Under the pieces are notes generated by a model. The model had not been told where the DNA came from, ran no database searches, and was given only the letters and a program-made list of their open reading frames with translations. DNA of 33,797 bases from Armatimonadia bacterium (GTDB lineage Bacteria > Armatimonadota > Zipacnadia > Zipacnadales > UBA11051), in contig JBDKRC010000239.1 in assembly GCA_039683575.1 (NCBI GenBank), positions 1 through 33,797 of the forward strand, written 5' to 3'. This document shows positions 8,257 through 17,234 of this stretch, in pieces. The position numbers and the translations under genes were made by a program. Every line of letters begins with the position of its first letter. Position 1 is the stretch's first letter.

Positions 8257-9273
8257 TCACTTCATTCGCACCACGACTTTGAAGGCCTCTTTGCTTTCGA
8301 GGAGGTCAAAGCCGCGCTTGGTTTCCTGTAGCGGGACGACGTGGGTGTACCAGTTTTTGAGGTTGACCAGGCCCTGCTTGACTAGCCAGAGCATTTGCTG
8401 GTGGGGGAGGGCCTCCTGGGGGTTGAAGAATTCGAGGGCCCATTCGTTGCGGGCGAGGGCGATGTCTACCGCGCGGCGTTCCATGTCTCCGGCGGAGCGG
8501 GTGGGAGCGATGCCGTAGACGCCGAGGCGGCCCTTGGGGCTGAGGAGGGAGAGACCGAGTTCGAGAACGGAGTCGCTGCCGATGGCCTCGATGACGCGGT
8601 CGGCGCCCCGGTTATTGGTCCACTGGTTCACGATTTCCCTGGCATTGTCTGTCGTGGTGTTTATGACTGCATCGGCGCCGAAGTCTAGGGCGCGTTGCAG
8701 AGCCTCGTCGCGCCTGCCTGCGACTATGACGGGATAGCAGCCGAGGAGACGGGCGAAGTGGGCAAAGGAGAGGCCGACGGGGCCGCTGCCGAGTACGACT
8801 ACGCTTTCACCGGGGCGAACAGGCCAACGCTGGAGCCAGGAGAGGGTCTCTTTGAGCGTGATGAGCATCGTGGCGTCGACCGGATCGAGGTCGGAGGGGA
8901 TGATTTGCTGCATGGGTGAGCCGCCAGCGAGGGGCTCAGTGACCTTGCCGTATTCGGCTAGGCCGCCGTACATGGAGGTGGGGCCATCGCCGGGTGCGTA
9001 GGAGGCGCGGGGGCGCAGGACGAGGTCTCCGGGCTTGAAGCTGGTTACCTGGCTGCCGCATTCGACGACGCGGCCCACGGATTCGTGGCCGAGGATGCCG
9101 GGGTAGGCGTCGGGGCCCTTGTAGCGGAAGGTGCCCTGCAGGAGCTTGTGGTCGGTGCTGTTGCAGATTGCGCAGGCGAGGATTTCGACGAGACACTCGG
9201 TCTCGGTGATGGTTGGGAGAGGAACGTCACGGACGGTGAGGTGGCCGGGGCGCTGGGCGATGGCGGCTAGCAT
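8257..9273 (-). CDS. Zinc-binding medium-chain dehydrogenase (MDR family)
   Basis: CAICNSTD, ILGHESVG, GSGPVG nucleotide-binding motif, FKVVV C-terminus. Lacks the 4-Cys structural-zinc loop. Start at ATG 9273. Confidence 0.9.
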   Translation of the reverse strand: MLAAIAQRPGHLTVRDVPLPTITETECLVEILACAICNSTDHKLLQGTFRYKGPDAYPGILGHESVGRVVECGSQVTSFKPGDLVLRPRASYAPGDGPTSMYGGLAEYGKVTEPLAGGSPMQQIIPSDLDPVDATMLITLKETLSWLQRWPVRPGESVVVLGSGPVGLSFAHFARLLGCYPVIVAGRRDEALQRALDFGADAVINTTTDNAREIVNQWTNNRGADRVIEAIGSDSVLELGLSLLSPKGRLGVYGIAPTRSAGDMERRAVDIALARNEWALEFFNPQEALPHQQMLWLVKQGLVNLKNWYTHVVPLQETKRGFDLLESKEAFKVVVRMK

Positions 9274-9319
9274 GGTTTTTGGTCCTGTTTCCAACGTGTG
9301 GCGACAAGTGTCGGTTGCC

Positions 9320-9515
9320 GGTGACGCAGACGTCGCTTTGCGCACCTACGGCCAGGCAACGGCCCGGAGCGGGCAGGATGCCCGCGCACCTACGGCTAGG
9401 CAACGGCATGCGGGCAGGGATGCCCTGCGACGCAGACGTCGCTTCGCGCACCTACGGCAACGGCAATGGCGGAGCCGGTTCGGGACGAACCGGCCTACGC
9501 GGCGGTGGAGGCAAC
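9320..9515. repeat. Intergenic cluster of GTAG-type REP-like hairpins
   Basis: GACGCAGACGTCGCTT(T/C)GCGCACCTACGGC x2, GCGGGCAGGATGCCCGCGCACCTAC, GCAGGGATGCCCTGC, GCCGGTTCGGGACGAACCGGCCTAC. Confidence 0.8.
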
Positions 9516-10493
9516 CTACGCGTTTTGGATGGCGGCGATTTGGGCCAGTTCGTCCGGCGTTAGCGGCGGGCAGTCTGTTGTGGCGATGTTCTCCTGCATG
9601 TGGGGCCACTTGCTGGTGCCGGCTATTACGGTTGAGACGCCTGGTAGCTGGAGGACGTATTGGACCGCCAGTTGCGCGAGGGAGCGGTTGGGCCCGGTGA
9701 GAGCCCGAAGGGCTTCGGCTTTGGCGGCGAGAGCCTGTTTGCTTTCGAGTTGCTGCCAACTGCGGCGGTCGTCTTTGGCGAACTCGGCGTCGGGCCTGAG
9801 GGTGCCGGGGAGGAAGCCGGCGCCGAAGACGCCGCGGGCCACGATGCCGACGTTGTGCTCGACCGCGGCGGGGAGGAGGGCATCGGCGGCTCCTGGGCCG
9901 ATGATGCTGATGGCTTGCTGGAGGACGTCCACGGCGTCGCGCTTGATGAGGTCCACGCCAAGCTCATTCGGGCCGATGGAGACGCCGACGAAGCGGGTTT
10001 TGCCCTGCTGGCGCATGATTTCCATGGCTTCGAGGCATTCGCCAGGAGACCCGTCGGGTCTCACGATATCGTCGGCGGAGGGGCCGTGGAGGAGGTAGAC
10101 GTCCACGTGGTCCATTTTGAGGCGCTTGAGGCTGCGGTCGATTTGCCAGAGGAGCTTGTCCTTGCTGAAGTCGGTCCAGGCGTGGCCCTTGGTGGCGCCA
10201 TGGCCGCCCTTGGTGCAGACGATCCACTCGTCGCGGCAGCCCTGGAGGGCTCGGCCGATGACCTCTTCGCTGTGGCCGTTGCCGTAGATGGGGGCGGTGT
10301 CTATGAGGTTGACCCCGGCTTCGCGGCACTTGGCAATGAGGTCGATCGAGGCGGCGTCATCGGTGGCGCCCCAGCCGTGGGGGATTTTGCCAAGACCCTC
10401 GAATTTGAGGGTGACGGCACCGCCGATCTCCCAGGCGCCGAGGGAGACGGCGGAGACTTTGAGGTTGGTGCGGCCGAGGGTGCGATATTGCAT
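9516..10493 (-). CDS. Aldo/keto reductase
   Basis: [46 protein letters not shown]. Confidence 0.93.
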   Translation of the reverse strand: MQYRTLGRTNLKVSAVSLGAWEIGGAVTLKFEGLGKIPHGWGATDDAASIDLIAKCREAGVNLIDTAPIYGNGHSEEVIGRALQGCRDEWIVCTKGGHGATKGHAWTDFSKDKLLWQIDRSLKRLKMDHVDVYLLHGPSADDIVRPDGSPGECLEAMEIMRQQGKTRFVGVSIGPNELGVDLIKRDAVDVLQQAISIIGPGAADALLPAAVEHNVGIVARGVFGAGFLPGTLRPDAEFAKDDRRSWQQLESKQALAAKAEALRALTGPNRSLAQLAVQYVLQLPGVSTVIAGTSKWPHMQENIATTDCPPLTPDELAQIAAIQNA

Positions 10494-10514
10494 GGTAACT
10501 CCTTGATTCTGTCG

Positions 10515-11345
10515 CTATTGTGGCCCCAGACGGCTCTCGAATAGTCCATTTGCGCGTCTGAGAAATTCGGTGGTTGTCCAGGGCTGGCCGGAAGCCAGGG
10601 GTGGCAGGTCGTCTACACCGATCTTCGCGACTAAGTATGGTTGCAGTGGCAAACGATCTCGTACCTTGAGTGTATGTAAGCCGTCTCGGACGGCGAGACC
10701 GGCCTGGATGATCAAGTGGGCATCGAAGTACAGGCGTACGCCCGGCTGGTATTCGGTGTCCGGGTTCGGCAGCATCTTGCCGGCCTGGCGACAGGCGACT
10801 ACGAACTCAGGTCCGATGGCCTCCGTGGTGCCGAGGGCGACGTACTGGGCATAGTCGGGCGGATCGCCCACCAGGCGCTCGCCGAGGGTGGTATCGAGGG
10901 ACTCGAGGCCGGCGAGAGTAGCGGCAGAACGCAGTTCACCACAGCGCTCGATCATCATCCAGGCCTCGATCGTGGTCGAGTGCACCACCCAGCGCGGATC
11001 GTGGGGGCGGACGGACGTGGACAATGAGGTCTGCGCCAGAGCTTCGGCGATGAAGCTCTCTGCGTCGGTGTCCTGCTGAAGGGCGACAATCACGCGCCGG
11101 CCGTGGCCTGTCTCGTAGCGAAGGAAGTCGCCCAACCGTTCCCGCAGATGCTGCGTCCGCCGGCCAAAAGTGGCCATGTACAGGCCGCTTGGGCGCCGGC
11201 CGTTGCACACGACATCATCGTCCGCGGCAGATAGTTGTAAGCAACTCCAGCCCTCCGCATAGGTTCCATCCGCCGAGAAGGGGTTCGGCTGGTCCGGTTC
11301 CCAGCCTGTCGGAGCGACGAACCAGCCGGCGGGATCGTCAGCCAT
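10515..11345 (-). CDS. Hypothetical protein, possible ADP-ribosyltransferase-like fold
   Basis: 276-aa ORF coupled to the upstream AKR by a TAATG overlap. VVHSTT...I...GELRS...DY..YV pattern. Confidence 0.7.
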   Translation of the reverse strand: MADDPAGWFVAPTGWEPDQPNPFSADGTYAEGWSCLQLSAADDDVVCNGRRPSGLYMATFGRRTQHLRERLGDFLRYETGHGRRVIVALQQDTDAESFIAEALAQTSLSTSVRPHDPRWVVHSTTIEAWMMIERCGELRSAATLAGLESLDTTLGERLVGDPPDYAQYVALGTTEAIGPEFVVACRQAGKMLPNPDTEYQPGVRLYFDAHLIIQAGLAVRDGLHTLKVRDRLPLQPYLVAKIGVDDLPPLASGQPWTTTEFLRRANGLFESRLGPQ

Positions 11346-12331
11346 TACGCCACCCCGGGGCCCTTGTAGCCGTTGAAGCCGCAGCCGAAGGGTTCGTTGA
11401 AGGGCCTAAACGGCACCATGGCACCGATCTCTTCGAGGCGGGACATGATGTCGTCGGGCAGCGGGCCCTGTTCTACGGCGGCTGTGTTCATTTCTACTTC
11501 CTGGACTGAGCGGGCGCCCATTAGCGTGCTGTCTATGTCCTGGTTGCTGATGACCCAGCGGATCGCGAGGTCCGTGATGGGCATTTGTAGCTCGTCGAGG
11601 AGGGCGTAGAGGGCCTGGAATTGCTGGCGGCGGGGCGGGGAGAGCCATGCTGGCGGGTTGTTGTTGACCTGATCGTCGAAGCGGCGGGAGAGCCAGCCTT
11701 GCTGGAGGGGGGAGCCGATGATGATGCCCATGTTTTGCCTTTTGGCCTCGGGGATGACCGCTATGGCCGATTCGCGCCAGAGGAGGCTGTAGTTGAAGGC
11801 GCTGAGGACCACGTCGAACTGGCCGGTGGCGCAGATGGCGGCGAGAATGTAGGGGGTGGTGCCGCCGAGGCCGGTGTATTTGATGAAGCCCTCCGCTTTC
11901 AGTGCGGCGAGGTATTCGGTGACAGGGCCGGTGAAGCTCTCCCAGTCGGTCCACCAGTCGTACTGTTGCGGGCGGTCGGGCTCGTGGATCATGAGCATGT
12001 CGAAGGAGTCGCGCTTGAGCAGGCGGAGGCTTTCCTGGAAGGAGAATTTGAGGTGATCGAGGTTTTGAGGCTCGAAGGGAGTGGGCTTGCCGCCTAGCTT
12101 GGTGGAGAGGTAATAGGGCTTCGTGACGCCCTTGAGGGCTTCGCCGAGGACTTCCTCGCTGTCGAGGTAGCCGGGCGCGGTGTCGATGAAGTTGACGCCG
12201 AGGTCGAGGGCGCGGTGAATGGCCTCGTAGGCGCGGGGGCGGTCGGCGCCGCCGGCCTTGGAGACGAACAGGCCGCCCATGCCGAGGACGGAGATTTCGA
12301 GACCGGTACGGCCAAGGGTGCGATATTCCAT
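11345..12331 (-). CDS. Aldo/keto reductase
   Basis: MEYRTLGRT, FIDTAPGY, SEEVLG, LSTKLG, SLRLLKRD..D..MIH. Confidence 0.93.
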   Translation of the reverse strand: MEYRTLGRTGLEISVLGMGGLFVSKAGGADRPRAYEAIHRALDLGVNFIDTAPGYLDSEEVLGEALKGVTKPYYLSTKLGGKPTPFEPQNLDHLKFSFQESLRLLKRDSFDMLMIHEPDRPQQYDWWTDWESFTGPVTEYLAALKAEGFIKYTGLGGTTPYILAAICATGQFDVVLSAFNYSLLWRESAIAVIPEAKRQNMGIIIGSPLQQGWLSRRFDDQVNNNPPAWLSPPRRQQFQALYALLDELQMPITDLAIRWVISNQDIDSTLMGARSVQEVEMNTAAVEQGPLPDDIMSRLEEIGAMVPFRPFNEPFGCGFNGYKGPGVA

Positions 12332-12480
12332 GTTAGGCCCCTTTCGGATTGCAGCGTTACTATTCGGCGGGAGGTGGGGGAGACCTTTGCGGGGCAGCCA
12401 TCACGGTCAACAGGAGATCGGGGTTGGGCGTCGAAATACCATTTGTCGCACTTGCAGCCACTACAAAGGACCCACAGAGT

Positions 12481-15141
12481 ATGAAGAAGCTTGTCTCGGG
12501 CGTTTGTCTCCTGGTTGCGCTGACTGCCCTGGGGGTGGCGCCGAAGGCATGGGCTCAGGGGGGCTTTAGCCCGGAGAAGTACTTGATGCGGCAAAAGGAG
12601 CTTCCGGCGCCTTATCGGGTGCATGATGAGGAGAACCGATTTCCCGCGTGGTCGTGGGATGATGGGCATTGGTACCGGGCTGGCAAGGATCCGGAGGGGA
12701 TGACGCCCAAGGATTTCGACTATAAGTTCATTCATGAGGAGATCTGGAACGGCAACACCAACACCATCCAGGTCGAGGGGGCGGTGTTTGGGCGGGCGGA
12801 TGTCGCGGAGTTGCGGATGTCTGATCAGGCGAAGGTGAGAGACTACAAAAAGGTGGGTATTGGCGGGGCGCAGGCGCTGCATGAGACCAATGAGCAGGGG
12901 GAATTTCCCCGTTACTACATCCAGATCGGCACTGTTTTCGGGTATGTATACGGCGGGCAGCAGTCTGGCGAGGACACGCTGGCCATTGCGAAGCTATGGG
13001 TCCAGAAGCTGCAGGGGCAGCTGACTGAGCAGCCTCAGCCGAAGCCGCCGACGCCGACTGCGACACCCGCTAAGGACGTCCCGGACCTGCATGTCGATCA
13101 GGACGGGTTCGCGTTGACACTGGCGAGCGACAACACGGTACTGGAGTATGAGCCTGCCGCCGACAAGCAGAGCGTGGCAGTGCAGATCGAGAACCGCAGT
13201 CAGAAGGTCCCTGCCACCAATGCCTTCATCCAGCTCTACGTTGCCTCTCCGGCGGGTTCCACGCCTCAGCCTGTGGGGAAGCAGCTTGCGCTGCCTACCA
13301 TTCCTGCCGGAGGCAAGATTGCGGTCGGCACGACGTGGGACCTCGGCGGGCAAAACCAGGTCGATGTCGAGCTTTGGGTCAAGGTCTACATCCCCTACAC
13401 CGATGACGCCAATCCCGCCGATAGCCAGGCAAGCCTCAAGTGCAGCATTCGCTATGCCCACAACGGCCGGCGGGCCTTCAGTTGGTTCGATGACACGTAC
13501 CGTTTCGTGAACTTCGGTTACAAGGACCGCGAGACCGAGGAACTGGTTGAGGGCGTGGTGGCTACCGTCCTCGGCAACCTGCAGGGAGGGTCAGAGGTCA
13601 GCAAAGTCTGGCAGAAGCTGACCTTCGCCGCTATCTACCAGCGCGTCGAGTCATACATGAACAAGAGCCTCAATGCCGGCGCAGGTGGGCATTGCTACGG
13701 CATGGCGGCCACCGCGGGGCTGTACTTCGAAGGGACCGCTGCGCCACCGCTGGGGAAGGCCACACCAGCCCTGACCCTCGAAGAGGCCTCTACCAACATC
13801 AACATCTACCACCGCGCGCAGATGCTGCCGGTGCTGCAGGCGCTGTCGAGCAAGGGCGACTATCTGCAGCGCGATCTCAGTCCACGCAATTGCTATAACT
13901 GGGTCAAGAATGCCCTGGACCCGTCACGCCTGCCGCCCATAGTTGAGTTCTTCGGGCGCGACCCCGGCGACAAGACCACCATCATCGGCCACGCTGTGTT
14001 GGCCTACAAGCTGATTGAGGTCGAGGGGCGCGATCCGGTGATTTACATCTACGATCCCAACTACCCGGCCAGCGCGGTCAAAGCGCCGCACCCCATGCCG
14101 CAGATTTCCCTCAAGATCGACAAAGCCACCTGGGCCAATCCGACATATATGGGTTACGACTGGGCTGTAGGCGAGTGGATAGGCGCGCGTCGTGTGGCGC
14201 GGGAGATCTCGGTGGACATGGCCAATGCCCTTGGTCCGCAGCTTAAGGCGATGGCGTATACCGCAGTCAATGCGCTCAACCAGGGGAAGCAGTTGATGGC
14301 CATCCTGCGCTGCCCGGCGGATGTCTGTTTCACTGACGCCCAGGGCCGCCGCACCGGGACGGTCAACGGCAAGCTGGTCAACGAGATACCGGGAGCCGAG
14401 CCGGGGTCCGTGGGTGAAGTGGAGATGTACTTGCTGCCACTGGGGCAGAATTACAGTGTGACCGTAACCGGTACCGGCGCCGGGACGATGTCACTCGACC
14501 TGCTGCAGGCCCCGACGGCAGGGCAGCTTACGGCTGCCTCTTTCGAGCGGGTGCCAGTGCAGAAGGGCGGGCAGCTTGCCGGGACGCTGACGGGTACCGG
14601 ACAGCTTGCGAACCTCAAGTCGGGGTCGCAGACGTACCCGGTGCAGTGGAGTGGCAGCGCCAACCTGGCCGCCTTCAACCCTGGCGACGGCACGAGCACG
14701 CCGCCGCCGACAACGACGGCTCCTCCCGTCCAGCCGAAGCCTCCCACGCCGCCCACACAGCCTGCCACTGCCAATCCTCCCCCGGCTGCGTCCACCCCGC
14801 CCGTTGCGACAGACCCTGACCGCGTCGTATTGTCGAGGCCGCAGGCGAACCAGCTTGTTGACACGACAATCGAGGTCGTCGGACGGGCGCGGCCCCAGGC
14901 TACCGTGGTCGTCTATACCATTGTCTATAACGCCCAGAATGGGCAGATGATCAGCACCATCCCGGGCCTCCGCGCGAAGACGAAAGACAACGGCGAGCTG
15001 GCATGGGTCATCGCGGCGCCGCGGGTCAGCTTCGGTCAGCCCAACACACCATTGATTTTCGAACTGCACGCGCGGATCATCCGGAGCAATGGCACTGACG
15101 GGCCCGAGACGGTGGTTCGGGTTCGGGGGGCGTCGATCTAG
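12481..15141 (+). CDS. Large secreted multidomain protein (signal peptide, CARDB/Ig-like domain, putative papain-like cysteine protease core, Pro/Thr linkers)
   Basis: MKKLVSGVCLLVALTALGVAPKAWA signal peptide; GHCYGMAA, GHAVLAY and IYIYDPN motifs; two Pro/Thr-rich linkers. Confidence 0.75.
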   Translation: MKKLVSGVCLLVALTALGVAPKAWAQGGFSPEKYLMRQKELPAPYRVHDEENRFPAWSWDDGHWYRAGKDPEGMTPKDFDYKFIHEEIWNGNTNTIQVEGAVFGRADVAELRMSDQAKVRDYKKVGIGGAQALHETNEQGEFPRYYIQIGTVFGYVYGGQQSGEDTLAIAKLWVQKLQGQLTEQPQPKPPTPTATPAKDVPDLHVDQDGFALTLASDNTVLEYEPAADKQSVAVQIENRSQKVPATNAFIQLYVASPAGSTPQPVGKQLALPTIPAGGKIAVGTTWDLGGQNQVDVELWVKVYIPYTDDANPADSQASLKCSIRYAHNGRRAFSWFDDTYRFVNFGYKDRETEELVEGVVATVLGNLQGGSEVSKVWQKLTFAAIYQRVESYMNKSLNAGAGGHCYGMAATAGLYFEGTAAPPLGKATPALTLEEASTNINIYHRAQMLPVLQALSSKGDYLQRDLSPRNCYNWVKNALDPSRLPPIVEFFGRDPGDKTTIIGHAVLAYKLIEVEGRDPVIYIYDPNYPASAVKAPHPMPQISLKIDKATWANPTYMGYDWAVGEWIGARRVAREISVDMANALGPQLKAMAYTAVNALNQGKQLMAILRCPADVCFTDAQGRRTGTVNGKLVNEIPGAEPGSVGEVEMYLLPLGQNYSVTVTGTGAGTMSLDLLQAPTAGQLTAASFERVPVQKGGQLAGTLTGTGQLANLKSGSQTYPVQWSGSANLAAFNPGDGTSTPPPTTTAPPVQPKPPTPPTQPATANPPPAASTPPVATDPDRVVLSRPQANQLVDTTIEVVGRARPQATVVVYTIVYNAQNGQMISTIPGLRAKTKDNGELAWVIAAPRVSFGQPNTPLIFELHARIIRSNGTDGPETVVRVRGASI

Positions 15142-15165
15142 GCCACGGCTGGCGCAATGGCTCGT

Positions 15166-15200
15166 CAGGCGGCCGGCACCGTATCCCGGCCGCCTGGTTG
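15166..15200 (+). terminator. GC-rich hairpin after the secreted protein (possible terminator)
   Basis: CAGGCGGCCGG...CCGGCCGCCTG stem, weak T tail. Confidence 0.4.
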
Positions 15201-15220
15201 TGCCACAGCATCCATGATTT

Positions 15221-15250
15221 TTGAACCTCCCCTTGCTGGCGCGTGTTCAA
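15221..15250 (+). promoter_or_regulatory. Candidate ECF-type promoter/operator TTGAAC-N18-GTTCAA
   Basis: GAAC -35-like element and (C)GT/GTT -10-like element upstream of the ECF gene; the two halves are also an inverted repeat. Confidence 0.35.
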
Positions 15251-15277
15251 CTCCACAAGCGCGCGTTATGAACCCTC

Positions 15278-15853
15278 ATGCTGACCGATCATGAACTGAT
15301 GGCCAATCTGAAGCGGGGTGACCAGGAAGCCTTCATCGTCCTGGCCCAGCGTCACAAGCCGTGGCTGACGCGCGTGCTGTATCACCTGTTCTGGGATAGG
15401 GAAGAGGCGGATGACGGGGCACAGGAAGTGCTCTTGCGAGTGTGGCTCGCACGGCGAGACTATGAGCCGACGGCCGCGTTTCGGACGTACCTCTTCTCAA
15501 TCGCCCGCAACTACTGGCACAACCGCGCCCAGCGGGTGATCAAGCGCAACCCGGTGGTGTCACTGGAGGATCAGTTCGGGCCGGGAGCGCGCGAGATCAT
15601 CGAGGGATTCGCGGATAGGTCGCCCACGACAGAGCAGGTAGTGATGCAGCGCTGGGAGCTGTTCCAGATCAGGCGCGCCGTGGACCAACTTCCGGAAAAG
15701 CAGCGGCTCGTGTTCATTCTGAGCCAGTTCGGGGGGATGAAGTATGCGGAAGTGGCGGAGTTGCTGGGGATACCGGAGGGCACGGTGAAGTCGCGGATGG
15801 CGGCGGCCGTGCAGAGTCTGAGAGTGAAGCTAACCTCTATCGGAGGGCAGTAA
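15278..15853 (+). CDS. ECF RNA polymerase sigma-70 factor
   Basis: Region 2 (EEADDGAQEVLLRVW, FRTYLFSIARN) and region 4 (LPEKQRLVFIL..GMKYAEVAELLGIPEGTVKSR). Confidence 0.95.
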   Translation: MLTDHELMANLKRGDQEAFIVLAQRHKPWLTRVLYHLFWDREEADDGAQEVLLRVWLARRDYEPTAAFRTYLFSIARNYWHNRAQRVIKRNPVVSLEDQFGPGAREIIEGFADRSPTTEQVVMQRWELFQIRRAVDQLPEKQRLVFILSQFGGMKYAEVAELLGIPEGTVKSRMAAAVQSLRVKLTSIGGQ

Positions 15854-15855
15854 CC

Positions 15856-17181
15856 ATGAAATGTGAAGCCTGTCGGGAGCTGATGACGGCTTATCTGAAG
15901 GAAGAGTTGGAGGCGGGGGAGAGGGAAACGGTGGAGGAGCATCTGGCGAGTTGCGCCGAGTGCGCGGAGGAGTGTGCGGGGGCGCGGAAGGTGCTGGCGG
16001 CGGTGGATCAGGCGAGCGACGAGCCGATCGTGCGTATCCTCGACAATATCATCGACGAGGCCATAGGCCATGGGGCCAGTGACATTCATATCCAGCCGCG
16101 GAGCGAAGTCACCGTGATTCGGCTGCGGATTGATGGGGTGCTGCACGACAAGATGCTGCTCCCTACCTACACCCTTCAGCCCCTGGTGAACCGCGTCAAG
16201 CTGATGGCGGGGCTGAGCCTCACCACGCAGGGCGTGCCGCAGGACGGTCGGATACAGACAAAGATAGAGGAGCGGGATTACGACCTGCGGGTGTCGGTCG
16301 TGCCGAGCGTGCTGGGGGAGACGGTGGTTATGCGGATTCTGGACAAGAGCGGCGTGAGCATGTCGCTGGACCAGGTTCAGTTCGTGGGCGAACAGCGCAA
16401 GCAGCTCGAGCAGATGATGCATTCGCCGAGCGGGTTGCTGCTGGTCACGGGACCTACGGGCAGCGGGAAGACGACCACGCTTTACGCGGTCATGCATGAG
16501 CTGAACAAGGTGGAGAACAACCTGATGTCCATCGAGGACCCGGTGGAGTACCAGTTCGATGGCTTCACCCAGATTCAGGTGAATCGCGCGGCGGGGCTGG
16601 ACTTCAAAGGGGCCATGCGCAGCATCCTGCGCCAGGACCCGGATATCATACTGTGCGGCGAGATAAGGGACCGGGAGACTGCCGAACTGGTCGTGCAGGC
16701 GGCGATAACCGGGCATCTGGTGCTCAGCACGCTGCACACGAATGAAGCGATCAGTGTGATCCGGCGGCTGCTGGACATCGGCATCGAGAGGTTCCTGATC
16801 GCTCAGAGCCTGCTGGGGGCGACGGCGCAACGGCTGTTCCGCCGCGTGTGCCCCGATTGCCGGGAGAAGTATGAGGCAAGTGAGGCTGAGCGCGCGTGGT
16901 TGCAGGCGGCGGGGATTGCCGAGATACCGGCGAAGCTGTGGCGGTCGAAGGGCTGCGAAAAGTGCCGCAGTACGGGCTACAAGGGCCGGCTGGCCGTGTA
17001 TGAGGTTTTCCTGATGGATCAGGAGATCGTGAACCTGATGGTGAGGAACACGCCGCTGGAGGAGATAGAGAAGCTGGCGGCGACGAAGGTGAAGTCCATG
17101 AAGCTGACGGCGGCGGAGAAAGTGGTGGCGGGGGAGACTACGGCGGCGGAGGCGATGCGGGTGCTGGCGTTTCTGACGTAA
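15856..17181 (+). CDS. zf-HC2 (ZAS anti-sigma) zinc finger fused to a GspE/PilB-family ATPase
   Basis: N-terminal C...L.AYL..EL...ER..VEEHLASCAEC, then ASDIHI, PQDGR, Walker A GPTGSGKT, IEDPVE, LRQDPD, Walker B ILCGEIRD, GHLVLSTLH, CPDC/GCEKC, GYKGRLAVYE. Confidence 0.92.
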   Translation: MKCEACRELMTAYLKEELEAGERETVEEHLASCAECAEECAGARKVLAAVDQASDEPIVRILDNIIDEAIGHGASDIHIQPRSEVTVIRLRIDGVLHDKMLLPTYTLQPLVNRVKLMAGLSLTTQGVPQDGRIQTKIEERDYDLRVSVVPSVLGETVVMRILDKSGVSMSLDQVQFVGEQRKQLEQMMHSPSGLLLVTGPTGSGKTTTLYAVMHELNKVENNLMSIEDPVEYQFDGFTQIQVNRAAGLDFKGAMRSILRQDPDIILCGEIRDRETAELVVQAAITGHLVLSTLHTNEAISVIRRLLDIGIERFLIAQSLLGATAQRLFRRVCPDCREKYEASEAERAWLQAAGIAEIPAKLWRSKGCEKCRSTGYKGRLAVYEVFLMDQEIVNLMVRNTPLEEIEKLAATKVKSMKLTAAEKVVAGETTAAEAMRVLAFLT

Positions 17182-17198
17182 CACGATCGAAACGGATT

Positions 17199-17234
17199 GC
17201 CGGGAGCGGCCGAGAAGCCGCTCCCGGCTTCTTT
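17199..17234 (+). terminator. Intrinsic terminator ending the ECF/ATPase operon
   Basis: GCCGGGAGCGGC-6 nt-GCCGCTCCCGGC followed by TTCTTT. Confidence 0.75.

Noticed and set aside
15856-17181. Calling the fusion plain pilB/gspE of a T4P/T2SS operon
   Set aside because: No platform, secretin or pilin genes are adjacent and the N-terminal domain is a zf-HC2, so no gene symbol was assigned.
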